The notes beneath the pieces were generated by a model. It saw only the letters and a program-made list of their open reading frames with translations, was not told where the DNA came from and searched no databases. DNA of 64,000 bases from Candidatus Thermosaccharophagus tengchongensis (GTDB lineage Bacteria; Armatimonadota; Fervidibacteria; Fervidibacterales; Thermosaccharophagaceae): the NCBI GenBank assembly GCA_032161105.1, contig JAVHTD010000001.1. One strand, 5' to 3'. Shown here one piece after another: positions 40,591 through 49,383 of the stretch (within the stretch, counting starts at the first letter, position 1; each line of letters begins with the position of its first letter). The position numbers and the translations under genes were made by a program.

Positions 40591-42651
40591 ATGCAGCTCT
40601 CCCAGGAAGGCTTTGCATTCGCTATTATGGGCGTCTTCTTCATCGGCGCGCTTGTGACGGCGGCAACTTCTTCGCTGCGCCGTTTGACGGCATGGGTGGG
40701 GTTCATTTTCACACTCGCTGGTTCGGTGCTGTGTATGATGATTGCTGTCAAAGCCTTCTATGCACCTGCGGTTGAACCTGGGCGTCCTCACCTCACCCTG
40801 CCAATCTTGAATGCATCGCTTCAGGTCCGCATTGATGCGTTGTCATCTCCCTTCTTGTTCATTATCGGTTTGCTCGGCACATGTGCTGCACTATACTCCG
40901 TTGGCTATATCACGCACGAGCGCTACAGGGAGGAGCATCTGATTCGCTATTATCCGTTTCTGATGTTCTTCCTCATGGGCATGGTTGGCACAGTAGCGAG
41001 CTGGGATATGTTTTACTTCCTCGTCTTTTGGGAACTGATGGCGCTTTCATCTTATGTGCTCATCATCTTTGAGAAGCGCGATCCAGTTGTGTTGCGTGCT
41101 GGCTTGAAATATTTTGTGATGACTCACATCGGCACAACTTGTATTGTCACTGGCGTCATCATTGTTTGGCTCTGGTGCAGGTCATTCAGCTTTGATTCAC
41201 TGAAGATCGGCATGGAAGTCCTCTCACAGGAGCGACCGAGGTTACTTCACCTTGTGCTGCTTTTGCTTTTCATTGGTTTTGCCACTAAGGCAGCTCTATT
41301 CCCATTTGGCGATTGGCTGCCAGACGCTCACCCAGCTGCTCCCTCAGCAATTTCGGCATTGCTATCTGGCGTGATGATAAAGATGGGCGTGTATGGCATG
41401 CTCCGCACATTCGTTTGGATGATGCCATACTCACCGCACCTTAGCACATGGGGATTGATTATAGCCTTCTTTGGCGCACTGACATTTGTTGTGTGCTCCA
41501 CAGCTGGCTTGTTCCAAAACGATTCAAAACGCCTATTGGCGTTCAGCAGCATGTCGCAGATAGGCTATGTATGTGTTGGAATTGGTGTTGGCGTTGGCTT
41601 TCTTCGCGTCTCGCCAGCGATAAGCGCACTCGGATTTATCGCTGGGTTGTATCATGTCCTCAATCACGCATGCATGAAAGGACTGCTCTTCCTGAATGCC
41701 GGCTCTGTTCTGATTCGCACTGGAACTCGCGACATGAACTTGCTTGGCGGCTTATGGCGCTTCATGCCAACGACGGCTCTGACAGCGCTCATTGCCTCCC
41801 TCGCTATATCCGGCATGCCGCCGCTCAACGGGTTTGTAAGCAAGTGGATGGTTTATCATGCGTCCATTATGAGCGGCTTGCAAGCTCCTGTGTATCTTGC
41901 TTTCGGCGTAGCTGCCATTTTCATCTCGGTCGTCACGCTCGCCATGTTTGCCAAATTCATGGGCGCAATCTTTATCGGGTTGCCATCAAAGCTCGTGAGC
42001 CAAATTGAGTGGCAGCTCCGTGAGGTTGATTGGACCATGACTGTATCACAAGTTGTGCTTGCGCTTATGTGCATTGCGCTTGGGCTTTTCCCCTCACATG
42101 TTGTGCCAATCCTTTACTGTGCCGTTGAAACCATGCGCCCTGAGTTTGCACCGCCAATTGATGCGCTCATCTCCGGCACACCAATCTCGCTTGGACTATG
42201 CGTTGGTGAGGGTGTCTCTGGCGTTTTTTCGCCGCTCGTTTTTGTGCTGGCACTCATGCTGTGCATGCTCATCCCATATGCCCTTTATAAGCTCTCAGGT
42301 GCTCAAGTTAGAGTTGCATCACCATGGGCATGTGGCGAGTCGCATTCGCACGATGAATTGCGATATCGCTCAAGCAGCTTTTACCTTCCGTTCCAAAGAT
42401 TCATGTCCTTTAGGATTGGTCAAAGGCGCATAACGACACTCTATCCGACATTGCCAAAGCCGAGAACTCCATGGCTGGCAAAGCTTCGCGTCGTCTTTGA
42501 TGTGGACACGCTTTACAATGCTGTCATTCGTGTCGGAGCGAGGGCGTGTGAATGGTTCAGCGCGACACATGCCGGAATCCCACAGCTTTATGTGTTGTGG
42601 ATAGTTGCCGGTGTGGTGCTCGCAATCTTGTTGCTCTTTTTGCTCTCCTAA
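40591..42651 (+). CDS. Hydrogenase antiporter-like membrane subunit (HyfB/HycC-like)
   Basis: FWELMALSSY, WLPDAHPAAPS..SALLSGVMIKMG, PPLNGFVSKW, PWACG; ATG at 40591 with SD GAGGTG. Confidence 0.88.
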   Translation: MQLSQEGFAFAIMGVFFIGALVTAATSSLRRLTAWVGFIFTLAGSVLCMMIAVKAFYAPAVEPGRPHLTLPILNASLQVRIDALSSPFLFIIGLLGTCAALYSVGYITHERYREEHLIRYYPFLMFFLMGMVGTVASWDMFYFLVFWELMALSSYVLIIFEKRDPVVLRAGLKYFVMTHIGTTCIVTGVIIVWLWCRSFSFDSLKIGMEVLSQERPRLLHLVLLLLFIGFATKAALFPFGDWLPDAHPAAPSAISALLSGVMIKMGVYGMLRTFVWMMPYSPHLSTWGLIIAFFGALTFVVCSTAGLFQNDSKRLLAFSSMSQIGYVCVGIGVGVGFLRVSPAISALGFIAGLYHVLNHACMKGLLFLNAGSVLIRTGTRDMNLLGGLWRFMPTTALTALIASLAISGMPPLNGFVSKWMVYHASIMSGLQAPVYLAFGVAAIFISVVTLAMFAKFMGAIFIGLPSKLVSQIEWQLREVDWTMTVSQVVLALMCIALGLFPSHVVPILYCAVETMRPEFAPPIDALISGTPISLGLCVGEGVSGVFSPLVFVLALMLCMLIPYALYKLSGAQVRVASPWACGESHSHDELRYRSSSFYLPFQRFMSFRIGQRRITTLYPTLPKPRTPWLAKLRVVFDVDTLYNAVIRVGARACEWFSATHAGIPQLYVLWIVAGVVLAILLLFLLS

Positions 42652-42693
42652 TGAGCTGTGGCAGTGAAAAGCCGAGTATTGGAGGGATGCAGC

Positions 42694-44421
42694 ATGACTT
42701 CGCAGGAGCTGATCCAAAGGCTTCGTGAGGATTTGAATGGCAAGGTGATTGATTGCTGGGAGCCGAGAGATGGAAGGGTGTTTGTAAAAGTTTCACCAAG
42801 CGATATCGTGTCAGTTTGCGATTATGTCTTCAACACGCTTGGTGCACGCTACATGACCACTTGCGCAACCGATGACAGATTCCGCACAGGCAAGTTTACA
42901 GTGACTCACTTCTTCTCGCTTGACCCCGACAAGCTATTCCTGTCCATTAGGGCTGAAGTGGATCCTGAAAATCCGGTGCTCCCATCAATCACACCGCTTA
43001 TTCCGGGTGCTGATTGGGCTGAGCGTGAGCAGCAGGATTTGGTCGGAGTCAGGTTTGAGGGTCATCCAGATCCGAGGAGACTTGTGTTGCCCGATGATTT
43101 CCCGCTTGACTTGCACCCGTTGCGCAAGGATTACCCATACAACTATCGCCCGCAGCCCGATATGCGTGGCAAGGTCGCGATGAAGGAGCCGCCTGATGGA
43201 ACGACAGTGGTCGCAGTTGGACCTTTCTTTCCGGTCCTTGAGGAGCCGGCATACTTCAGGCTTTTCGTTGATGGCGAGACGGTTGTTGGCTGCGATTATC
43301 GTGGCTTTTACAATCACCGCGGCATTGAGAAGCTCGGCGACAGCAAGCTCACATTCAATCAAATTGTTTTCCTTGCCGAGCGCATATGAGGGATATGAGG
43401 CTTCATACACAGCACGGTGTGCTGTGAGGCTACAGAAAACGCTCTCGGAATAAGGGCACCAAGGCGAGCGAGATTCATCAGAAGTATTATGCTTGAGATT
43501 GAGCGAATACATAGCCATCTGCTTTGGCTTGGCATTGCGGGGCATATAATCGGCTTTGATACAGTGCTTATGCAGGCGTGGCGCATACGAGAACCAGTAA
43601 TGTGGCTTGCTGAATACATCACCGGCAATCGCAAAACATACGGCATGAACATCATTGGTGGCGTAAGGCGGGATATAACAAGGGAGAAGCATGAGCGCAT
43701 CCTTGAAGTGATGAGGCGAGTTGAGGAGGAAGTAGTGGCAATCATAAAGGCGGTTGAGGGTGACACGATGCTCCATGCAAGGCTTCGTGGCGTTGGGTAT
43801 CTTTCACCTGAGGATGCAAGGGCAATGTGCGTTGTTGGTCCGACTGCGAGGGGCTCTGGAGTCGCAATTGATGCGCGTGTTGATCATCCATACGCAGCAT
43901 ATGATGAACTTGTGCCGGAAAAGAAAGTGCATGACGAGTGCGACATATGGGCAAGGACGCTCGTGCGCCTTGAGGAAACGATGGAATCAATCAGGCTCGT
44001 TAGAGAGGGCATAAAAGCGCTTCAGGATATGCCAGAGGGCGACATAGTCATTAACATAACCGAGGATGTGCCTGAGGGTCTTGAGGGCATATCAGTTGTT
44101 GAGGCGCCACGAGGCGAGTGCATCCATTATGTCATCACGAGCGCGGAAAATAGACCGCACAGATGGCGAGTCCGTGCACCCTCATACATGAACATCCATG
44201 CGCTGCCTGTCATGTTCAAAAACACAAATGGAGGTATACCGGGCGAGCCATTCATTAACGCGAACCTTGCAGACATACCGATAATTGTTGGGAGCATTGA
44301 CCCATGCTTCTCATGCACCGAACGAGTTGAAGTGATTGATGTTAGGAACAGGCAGATGAGAGTTTTCAGGCACAGTGAATTGATTGAGCTGTGTAGGCAA
44401 GCCACAAGCCGAAATAGATAA
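42694..44421 (+). CDS. hycE: Group 4 [NiFe]-hydrogenase large subunit (HycE/HyfG-like, NuoC+NuoD fusion) with two in-frame TGA codons at the L1 cysteines (putative Sec232 and Sec235)
   Basis: ORFs 42658-43389 and 43417-44421 share one frame; the junction reads ERI-TGA-GI-TGA-GFIHST, matching RxCGxCGxxHS; HRGIEK, VEAPRGE and C-terminal DPCFSCTER with a cleavable tail are intact; total 575 aa, close to full HycE size. Confidence 0.9.
43399..43431 (+). promoter_or_regulatory. Candidate bacterial SECIS element in the large-subunit mRNA
   Basis: Perfect 8-bp stem CACAGCAC/GTGCTGTG with apical GGT loop, a 4-nt bulge and a lower GGCTT/AGGCT stem with G-U pairs; loop starts 17 nt after the second UGA and 26 nt after the first. 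Confidence 0.7.
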
Positions 44422-44459
44422 CGCAACTGGCAGCAATTTTAAAGGGGGGTGAATTAACC

Positions 44460-45026
44460 TTGGAAGGGCAAGAGATGGATGAATTCTTGAGGTTAGTGTT
44501 GGAGGGCGTTGATGTGGAAGCATTAGCAGCTGGCGATAACCGTGAACTTGAAAGGTTCAAGGCGAACATGCTTAGGGTTGGAAGGATGATTTACTCAAAG
44601 CCGCCAGCTGAGAGGGCAAGGTGGTTTTCGGCATTGAGGGCTGGCTCACTTCAGTTAATTGCTCAAATACCCATCATTACACCGATGCTGACTGCAATCC
44701 TTGAGAGCGCCACCGGGGAAGACCTTGGAAGCAAAATAGATGCCCTTGGAAGCAAAATAGACGCCCTTGGAGGAAAAATAGACGCCCTTGGAAGCAAAGT
44801 GGATGCCCTTGGAGGAAAAATAGACGCCCTTGGAAGCAAAGTGGACGCCCTTGGAGGAAAAATAGATGCCCTTGGAAGCAAAGTGGACGCCCTTGGAGGA
44901 AAAATAGACGCCCTTGGAAGGGACTTGGGCGGGAAGATGGATCAAATGTTGAGCTTGCAAAGGGAAACAATCGGCTTCCTTGCGAGGATATTGAATGTGC
45001 TTGAGGAGAGGTTGCCGCGAGCATGA
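44460..45026 (+). CDS. Hypothetical coiled-coil protein with 9 tandem heptads LG(S/G)K(I/V)DA
   Basis: Open frame co-oriented inside the operon, with SD-like GGGGGGTG upstream; heptad repeat. Confidence 0.75.
   Translation: MEGQEMDEFLRLVLEGVDVEALAAGDNRELERFKANMLRVGRMIYSKPPAERARWFSALRAGSLQLIAQIPIITPMLTAILESATGEDLGSKIDALGSKIDALGGKIDALGSKVDALGGKIDALGSKVDALGGKIDALGSKVDALGGKIDALGRDLGGKMDQMLSLQRETIGFLARILNVLEERLPRA
44724..44918 (+). repeat. Tandem 21-bp repeat, 9 full copies plus a partial, mostly alternating two variants (42-bp higher-order unit)
   Basis: CTTGGA(A/G)G(C/A)AAA(ATA/GTG)GA(C/T)GCC units head-to-tail with no spacers. Confidence 0.95.
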
Positions 45027-45055
45027 ATGCTCTGGCGAAAAGAGGGTGATGGATA

Positions 45056-45967
45056 ATGCTCAGGCTCTGGCTGGCTATACTCAATGTGATTGTGGTCCTA
45101 TTCTTTGCACCGCTATTTGAGGGGTTTGTCCGCAAATACATACGGGCTAATGTCGCGCATTCAAGGAGAGGTCCACTTGTCGGTGTATGGCAGCCGTTTT
45201 ATGACTTGCTAAAGCTGTTTGCGAAGGAGGACATACGGGTTGGCGGTCCACTTCAAACATTCATGCCCATGTTGTGCTTCAGTTCAATCTTGGTGGCTTC
45301 TTTGTTTTTGCCGATTGCAGGTCTTGCGCCACTTGAGGAGTATGGGGATATCATAGCTTTCGTTTACACAATAGGACTGGCTATCACGGCGCTCGCCATT
45401 ACTGCGTTGGATACAGGTTCGCCATATTCATACTCCGGTGCGATTAGGGAATTGATGCTCATGGCATTGGTTGAGCTCGTGTTCATCAGTGCCTTGCTTT
45501 GCGGTGCCGTATGCGCTCGTTCTCTGAGGTTATCCGAGATAATCCTTTGGTATCGTTCCCGGGCGTTTTCTTTCCCGATGATTTTAGCTGCGGGCACACT
45601 CTTCTTAGCCATGCTTGCTCAGTTTGGTCGCCTCCCATTTGACATACCGGAAGCAGAACAAGAGATCATGGGCGGACCGCTCATTGAAATTTCTGGACCA
45701 AGGCTTGCCCTGCTCAGATGGGCAATATGGATGCGTCAGTTTGTAAGCGCGTCGCTGTTTGCATGTGTGTTTATACCTTGGTGGACGACAGGCATACTCA
45801 TCGTTGATTTGCTCATAACGCTCATAAAGGTGTTTGTGGTGTTTGTCTTGGTCACCGTGATTGAGGTGCTCTCGCCCCGTCTTAGAGTTGATCAGGCACT
45901 CAACTTTTACCTTGGCGTTTTTCTCACATCGGCGATAGCGATTGCTATTGCCTATGTCGCGCCATAA
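45056..45967 (+). CDS. Hydrogenase membrane subunit (HycD/HyfC, NuoH-like)
   Basis: SRRGP...WQPFYDLLKLFAKE, GRLPFDIPEAEQEIMGGPLIEISG, PRLR. Confidence 0.92.
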   Translation: MLRLWLAILNVIVVLFFAPLFEGFVRKYIRANVAHSRRGPLVGVWQPFYDLLKLFAKEDIRVGGPLQTFMPMLCFSSILVASLFLPIAGLAPLEEYGDIIAFVYTIGLAITALAITALDTGSPYSYSGAIRELMLMALVELVFISALLCGAVCARSLRLSEIILWYRSRAFSFPMILAAGTLFLAMLAQFGRLPFDIPEAEQEIMGGPLIEISGPRLALLRWAIWMRQFVSASLFACVFIPWWTTGILIVDLLITLIKVFVVFVLVTVIEVLSPRLRVDQALNFYLGVFLTSAIAIAIAYVAP

Positions 45968-46000
45968 AGCGAACCAATGGCGTTGGAGGGGGCATATCCA

Positions 46001-46510
46001 ATGATAGGGAGCAAGTTGAGGGAATTGATAATAGCAATTCGTGGTGGTGCTCCAAGACCGCTCGTTGTGACTTTGCCATATCCGCTTGGGCGAGGCGCTG
46101 AGGTCCCCGAGGGCTTTAGAGGGAAGGTTGAAGTTGATGTATCAAAGTGTGTTGGGTGTGGTGGGTGCGCGAATGTGTGCCCGCCAAGGTGCATTATTGT
46201 TGAGGACATCTCTCCGCTTTGGAGGAGAATGACAATACTGAGGGAGAGGTGCACATACTGTGCGCGCTGCCAAGAAGTGTGTCAGGAGAACGCCATAGCC
46301 CTTACGATGGAGTTTGAGCTTGCCACTGATGACCCAAACGACCTAACCGATACTTGGGAAGTCTTCATGGCAACATGTTCACGCTGTGGCAGATGCTTCA
46401 AGCCGAAAACAGCTTTGGATAAGATGATGGAAACGGGCTATAAGCCGCCAATGCAAAAGCGCTATGGTGCTGTCGCAACAGTGCCAGTTGAGTCAAGCTC
46501 GTCATCTTGA
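46001..46510 (+). CDS. Hydrogenase 2x[4Fe-4S] subunit (HycF/HyfH, NuoI-like)
   Basis: TLPYP, FRGK, CVGCGGCANVCP, CTYCARCQEVC, FELA, CSRCG; ATG at 46001 with SD (alternative 45977). Confidence 0.92.
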   Translation: MIGSKLRELIIAIRGGAPRPLVVTLPYPLGRGAEVPEGFRGKVEVDVSKCVGCGGCANVCPPRCIIVEDISPLWRRMTILRERCTYCARCQEVCQENAIALTMEFELATDDPNDLTDTWEVFMATCSRCGRCFKPKTALDKMMETGYKPPMQKRYGAVATVPVESSSSS

Positions 46511-46525
46511 AAGGGGTGAACTGGT

Positions 46526-47209
46526 ATGCCCTTAGCTATCCAACAGAGTGACATTTTGGCATTGCTCATGATTGCGCATCTTCTTGCATCACTTGTGGCA
46601 GCTGAGTTGCGCAACCTGCGCTCAGCCGTATGGGCTCTCATTATTCAATCCTTCCTCCTGACATGCATCATAGCCTCGTTCGCTTTCGTCTGGAACAACT
46701 ATACGCTTTTGATCTGGGCGGCTATAACCCTCGCAACGAAGGTCGTCCTTATCCCGTCAATCTTGCTCTACCACCTGCGCGTCACATCGCTCGTGACGGA
46801 GCTCCGCCCGTTGATCGGATTGAGAGCCTCAATCATATTTGGAAGCATCCTCGTCATCGTCTTCTACTGGTTGCTTCGCACATACATCTACTTCGTTGCT
46901 CCAACGCAAGCTGCATTGGTTGAGCCAGCACGCTCAAACCTCGCCATCGCATTTTGCGTTTTCTCACTCGGCGTTTATGTGCTTATCACCAGAAGGGATG
47001 TGGTTAAGGTTGTCATAGGGTTGCAGCTGCTTGAAAATGGTGCTCACTTGGCGCTCATTACACTGGCGCCAACATTGCCACCAACAACGAAGCTCGGGAT
47101 ATGGACGAATGTCGTCGTCGCAGCTTACATGCTCATTAAGCTTGCAGAGGGCATCTACAAGACGCTCGGCGTTGTTGATACTCTAACGCTCTCAGAACTT
47201 AAGCGTTAA
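46526..47209 (+). CDS. Hydrogenase-4 membrane subunit E-like (HyfE)
   Basis: Small polytopic protein; TKVVLIP, LLENGAHL, terminal LSELKR. Confidence 0.8.
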   Translation: MPLAIQQSDILALLMIAHLLASLVAAELRNLRSAVWALIIQSFLLTCIIASFAFVWNNYTLLIWAAITLATKVVLIPSILLYHLRVTSLVTELRPLIGLRASIIFGSILVIVFYWLLRTYIYFVAPTQAALVEPARSNLAIAFCVFSLGVYVLITRRDVVKVVIGLQLLENGAHLALITLAPTLPPTTKLGIWTNVVVAAYMLIKLAEGIYKTLGVVDTLTLSELKR

Positions 47210-47242
47210 ACGGCGCACGGCAACAGGTGAGGTGTTTTAGAC

Positions 47243-48766
47243 ATGATGGTGGAATCGTGGTTGCCCATCCTTGTCTTCGCCATCCCAACAATTTGTGGCG
47301 TCATAAGCCTTTCCTTCAGGCGTGCAAGCGCTCTCTTTCACAGCGTGATCGCCGTCCTCGGGCTTGCTGGGACATTTGCCATCTCTGTGGCAATCACAAG
47401 TGATGTGCTGCGCGGCAATGTGCTTGTCGCGCTCAATAATGCTGTTTATGCCGATGGTCTAAGTGCCTTGATGGAATTGCTCGGAAGCTGCATGGGGATG
47501 CTCGTGGCTATCTATTCAATCCGATACATCCCAATTCATGTTGCCCGCCGCCCCGATGCGCCTCAGAGGCTTAGCACATACTATGGGCTGTTGCTCCTCT
47601 TCCTTGGGATGATGAATTGGACATGCGTGACAAACAGCATTGTTTGGCTTTATGTCACGCTTGAGGCTACAACGCTTGCCACTGTCTTCCTCGTGACATT
47701 TTATTGGGAGAGGCGCTCGCTTGAAGCCGGCTACAAATATTTCATGCTTGTGACGATCGGGATCATATTTTCCCTCTTTGGTCTCGTGCTCATTTATTCA
47801 GGTGCTGTGGAGCTGCCGGAAATGCAAGGGCGTGATGTGCTCCTTATAACCGAGCTCAGCAGGATCGGGCGAAAGATACCGCGCAGCGTTGTGCTGCTTG
47901 CAAACGCGCTTCTCATTGCTGGCTTTGGAGCGAAGGCTGGGCTTGTCCCATTCCATGCATGGCTTCCGGATGCGCACGCAGAGGCACCAGCACCAATTAG
48001 CGCTTTGCTATCGGGTATCGTGATAAAGGTCGGCGCATACGCTATCGCAAGGACTGCAACAATATTTGCACCCCAGTATCCGCCTATCATAGTCTTCATT
48101 GCAATCATGGCTTCACTGAGCATGGTCGTCGGGATACTGATGGCGCTCGTCCAAGACGACATAAAGCGCATGCTTGCATACTCATCCGTAAGCCAGATTG
48201 GTTATGTTGTTGAGGGGCTTGGTCTTGGGACATACCTTGGAATTTATGGCGGTCTGTTCCACCTCGCAAACCACACCATCGTCAAGGCGCTTCTCTTCCT
48301 TTCCGCTGGTGCGATTGCGCATGTTACTGGCACAAGGAAGATGAGCGAGCTTGGTGGGCTCGTGCATCGGATGCCAGTTACAGCTGTTTGCTTCTTCATT
48401 GGCGCGCTCGCCATCGGCGGGTTGCCACCGTTTAATGTGTTCATGAGCAAGTTCACACTTTTTGCCGCTGTGGCTGATGCCGGTCTGATATGGGCTGCGG
48501 TGATAGCAGTGTTTACAGGGCTGTTAACAGTGGCGTGCTTTGTGCGTGCTGCGATGCGCATATTCTGGGGCAAGCCGTCGGAGATTACTCAGGCTGCTTT
48601 AGCGTATGCGAATGGTGGCGAAGGAAGGTTGCCTATGAGTATGGTTATCCCGATGGTCTTGCTCGCCATCTTAACGGTGGTAATCGGTCTTTATCCGGGA
48701 TTGATTCACCCGCTGTTGGATAGCGCAACAGAGTGCATTTTGAAGGTGCTTCGTGGGGCATTCTGA
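47243..48766 (+). CDS. Hydrogenase-4 antiporter-like subunit (HyfF/MrpD-like)
   Basis: LEATTLAT.FLV, SLEAGYKY, KAGLVPFHAWLPDAHAEAPAPISALLSG, KRMLAYSS, PPFNVFMSKF. Confidence 0.88.
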   Translation: MMVESWLPILVFAIPTICGVISLSFRRASALFHSVIAVLGLAGTFAISVAITSDVLRGNVLVALNNAVYADGLSALMELLGSCMGMLVAIYSIRYIPIHVARRPDAPQRLSTYYGLLLLFLGMMNWTCVTNSIVWLYVTLEATTLATVFLVTFYWERRSLEAGYKYFMLVTIGIIFSLFGLVLIYSGAVELPEMQGRDVLLITELSRIGRKIPRSVVLLANALLIAGFGAKAGLVPFHAWLPDAHAEAPAPISALLSGIVIKVGAYAIARTATIFAPQYPPIIVFIAIMASLSMVVGILMALVQDDIKRMLAYSSVSQIGYVVEGLGLGTYLGIYGGLFHLANHTIVKALLFLSAGAIAHVTGTRKMSELGGLVHRMPVTAVCFFIGALAIGGLPPFNVFMSKFTLFAAVADAGLIWAAVIAVFTGLLTVACFVRAAMRIFWGKPSEITQAALAYANGGEGRLPMSMVIPMVLLAILTVVIGLYPGLIHPLLDSATECILKVLRGAF

Positions 48767-48813
48767 TTTCATCGTTTTTGTGGTGGCGCAGATTCCCCCG
48801 TGAGGTGAGCATA

Positions 48814-49329
48814 ATGGTCGGATGGTTTAGAGGGTTGTGCGAGAAGGCGTTCACGAAGGCACTTTGGGTCTTTCATGCAAACACCGGCGCATGTAACGGG
48901 TGCGACATTGAGGTCATCAATGTGCTCACCCCATATTACGATGCCGAGCGTTTTGGTATAAGGCTCGTTGGCTCACCGAGACATGCGGATGTGATCATCG
49001 TCACAGGTCCAGTTACAAGGCAATCCGCGCCAGCGCTTGAGCGGCTGATTGAAGCTGTTCCATCACCAAAGTTGATCATCGCCGTCGGCTCTTGCCCGAC
49101 TGGTGGAGGGATGTGGTTTGACTCGTATTCCACATGTGGTGGCTTAGCTAACTTCCTCAAGGACAGAGGGATCAACATACCCGTGTATTACATCCCGGGA
49201 TGCCCACCTCGTCCTGAAGCAATCCTATACGGTGTGGCATTGGCACTTGGCTTGGTTGACAAGAAGGTGGCTGGGAAGCATCTCAAGCAGGGGTTGCTCC
49301 CGCCGAAGAAGAGCAGCGATGAGCAATGA
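48814..49329 (+). CDS. Group 4 hydrogenase small subunit (HycG/HyfI, NuoB-like)
   Basis: GACNGCDIE, SPRHAD, GSC, YIPGCPPRP; ATG at 48814 with SD GAGGTG. Confidence 0.93.
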   Translation: MVGWFRGLCEKAFTKALWVFHANTGACNGCDIEVINVLTPYYDAERFGIRLVGSPRHADVIIVTGPVTRQSAPALERLIEAVPSPKLIIAVGSCPTGGGMWFDSYSTCGGLANFLKDRGINIPVYYIPGCPPRPEAILYGVALALGLVDKKVAGKHLKQGLLPPKKSSDEQ

Positions 49330-49383
49330 AACGGGCATTCGGAAGTTGTATTAAGCCCACTTTTGCTTGGCGGGTGATGCGCA

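Noticed and set aside
43383..43400. The ATATGAGG direct repeat as an assembly duplication creating the second TGA
   Set aside because: The spacing matches the family motif RxCGxCG exactly, with no extra residues. The repeat simply reflects I-U-G-I-U-G.
42658..44421. Treating the large subunit as a pseudogene or as two separate genes (243 aa + 334 aa)
   Set aside because: Both parts are in one frame and the only stops are two TGAs exactly at the conserved Cys ligands. A SECIS-like hairpin follows and the rest of the operon is intact. The 43417 'start' is an internal Val codon.
44724..44918. CRISPR array
   Set aside because: The 21-bp units are contiguous with no unique spacers, keep a coding frame, and no cas genes are present.
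38983..49329. Calling the operon respiratory complex I (nuo) or an Ehr complex lacking Ni ligands
   Set aside because: The large subunit has L1/L2 metal-binding motifs with a cleavable C-terminal tail, and a HycI-type protease is co-encoded.
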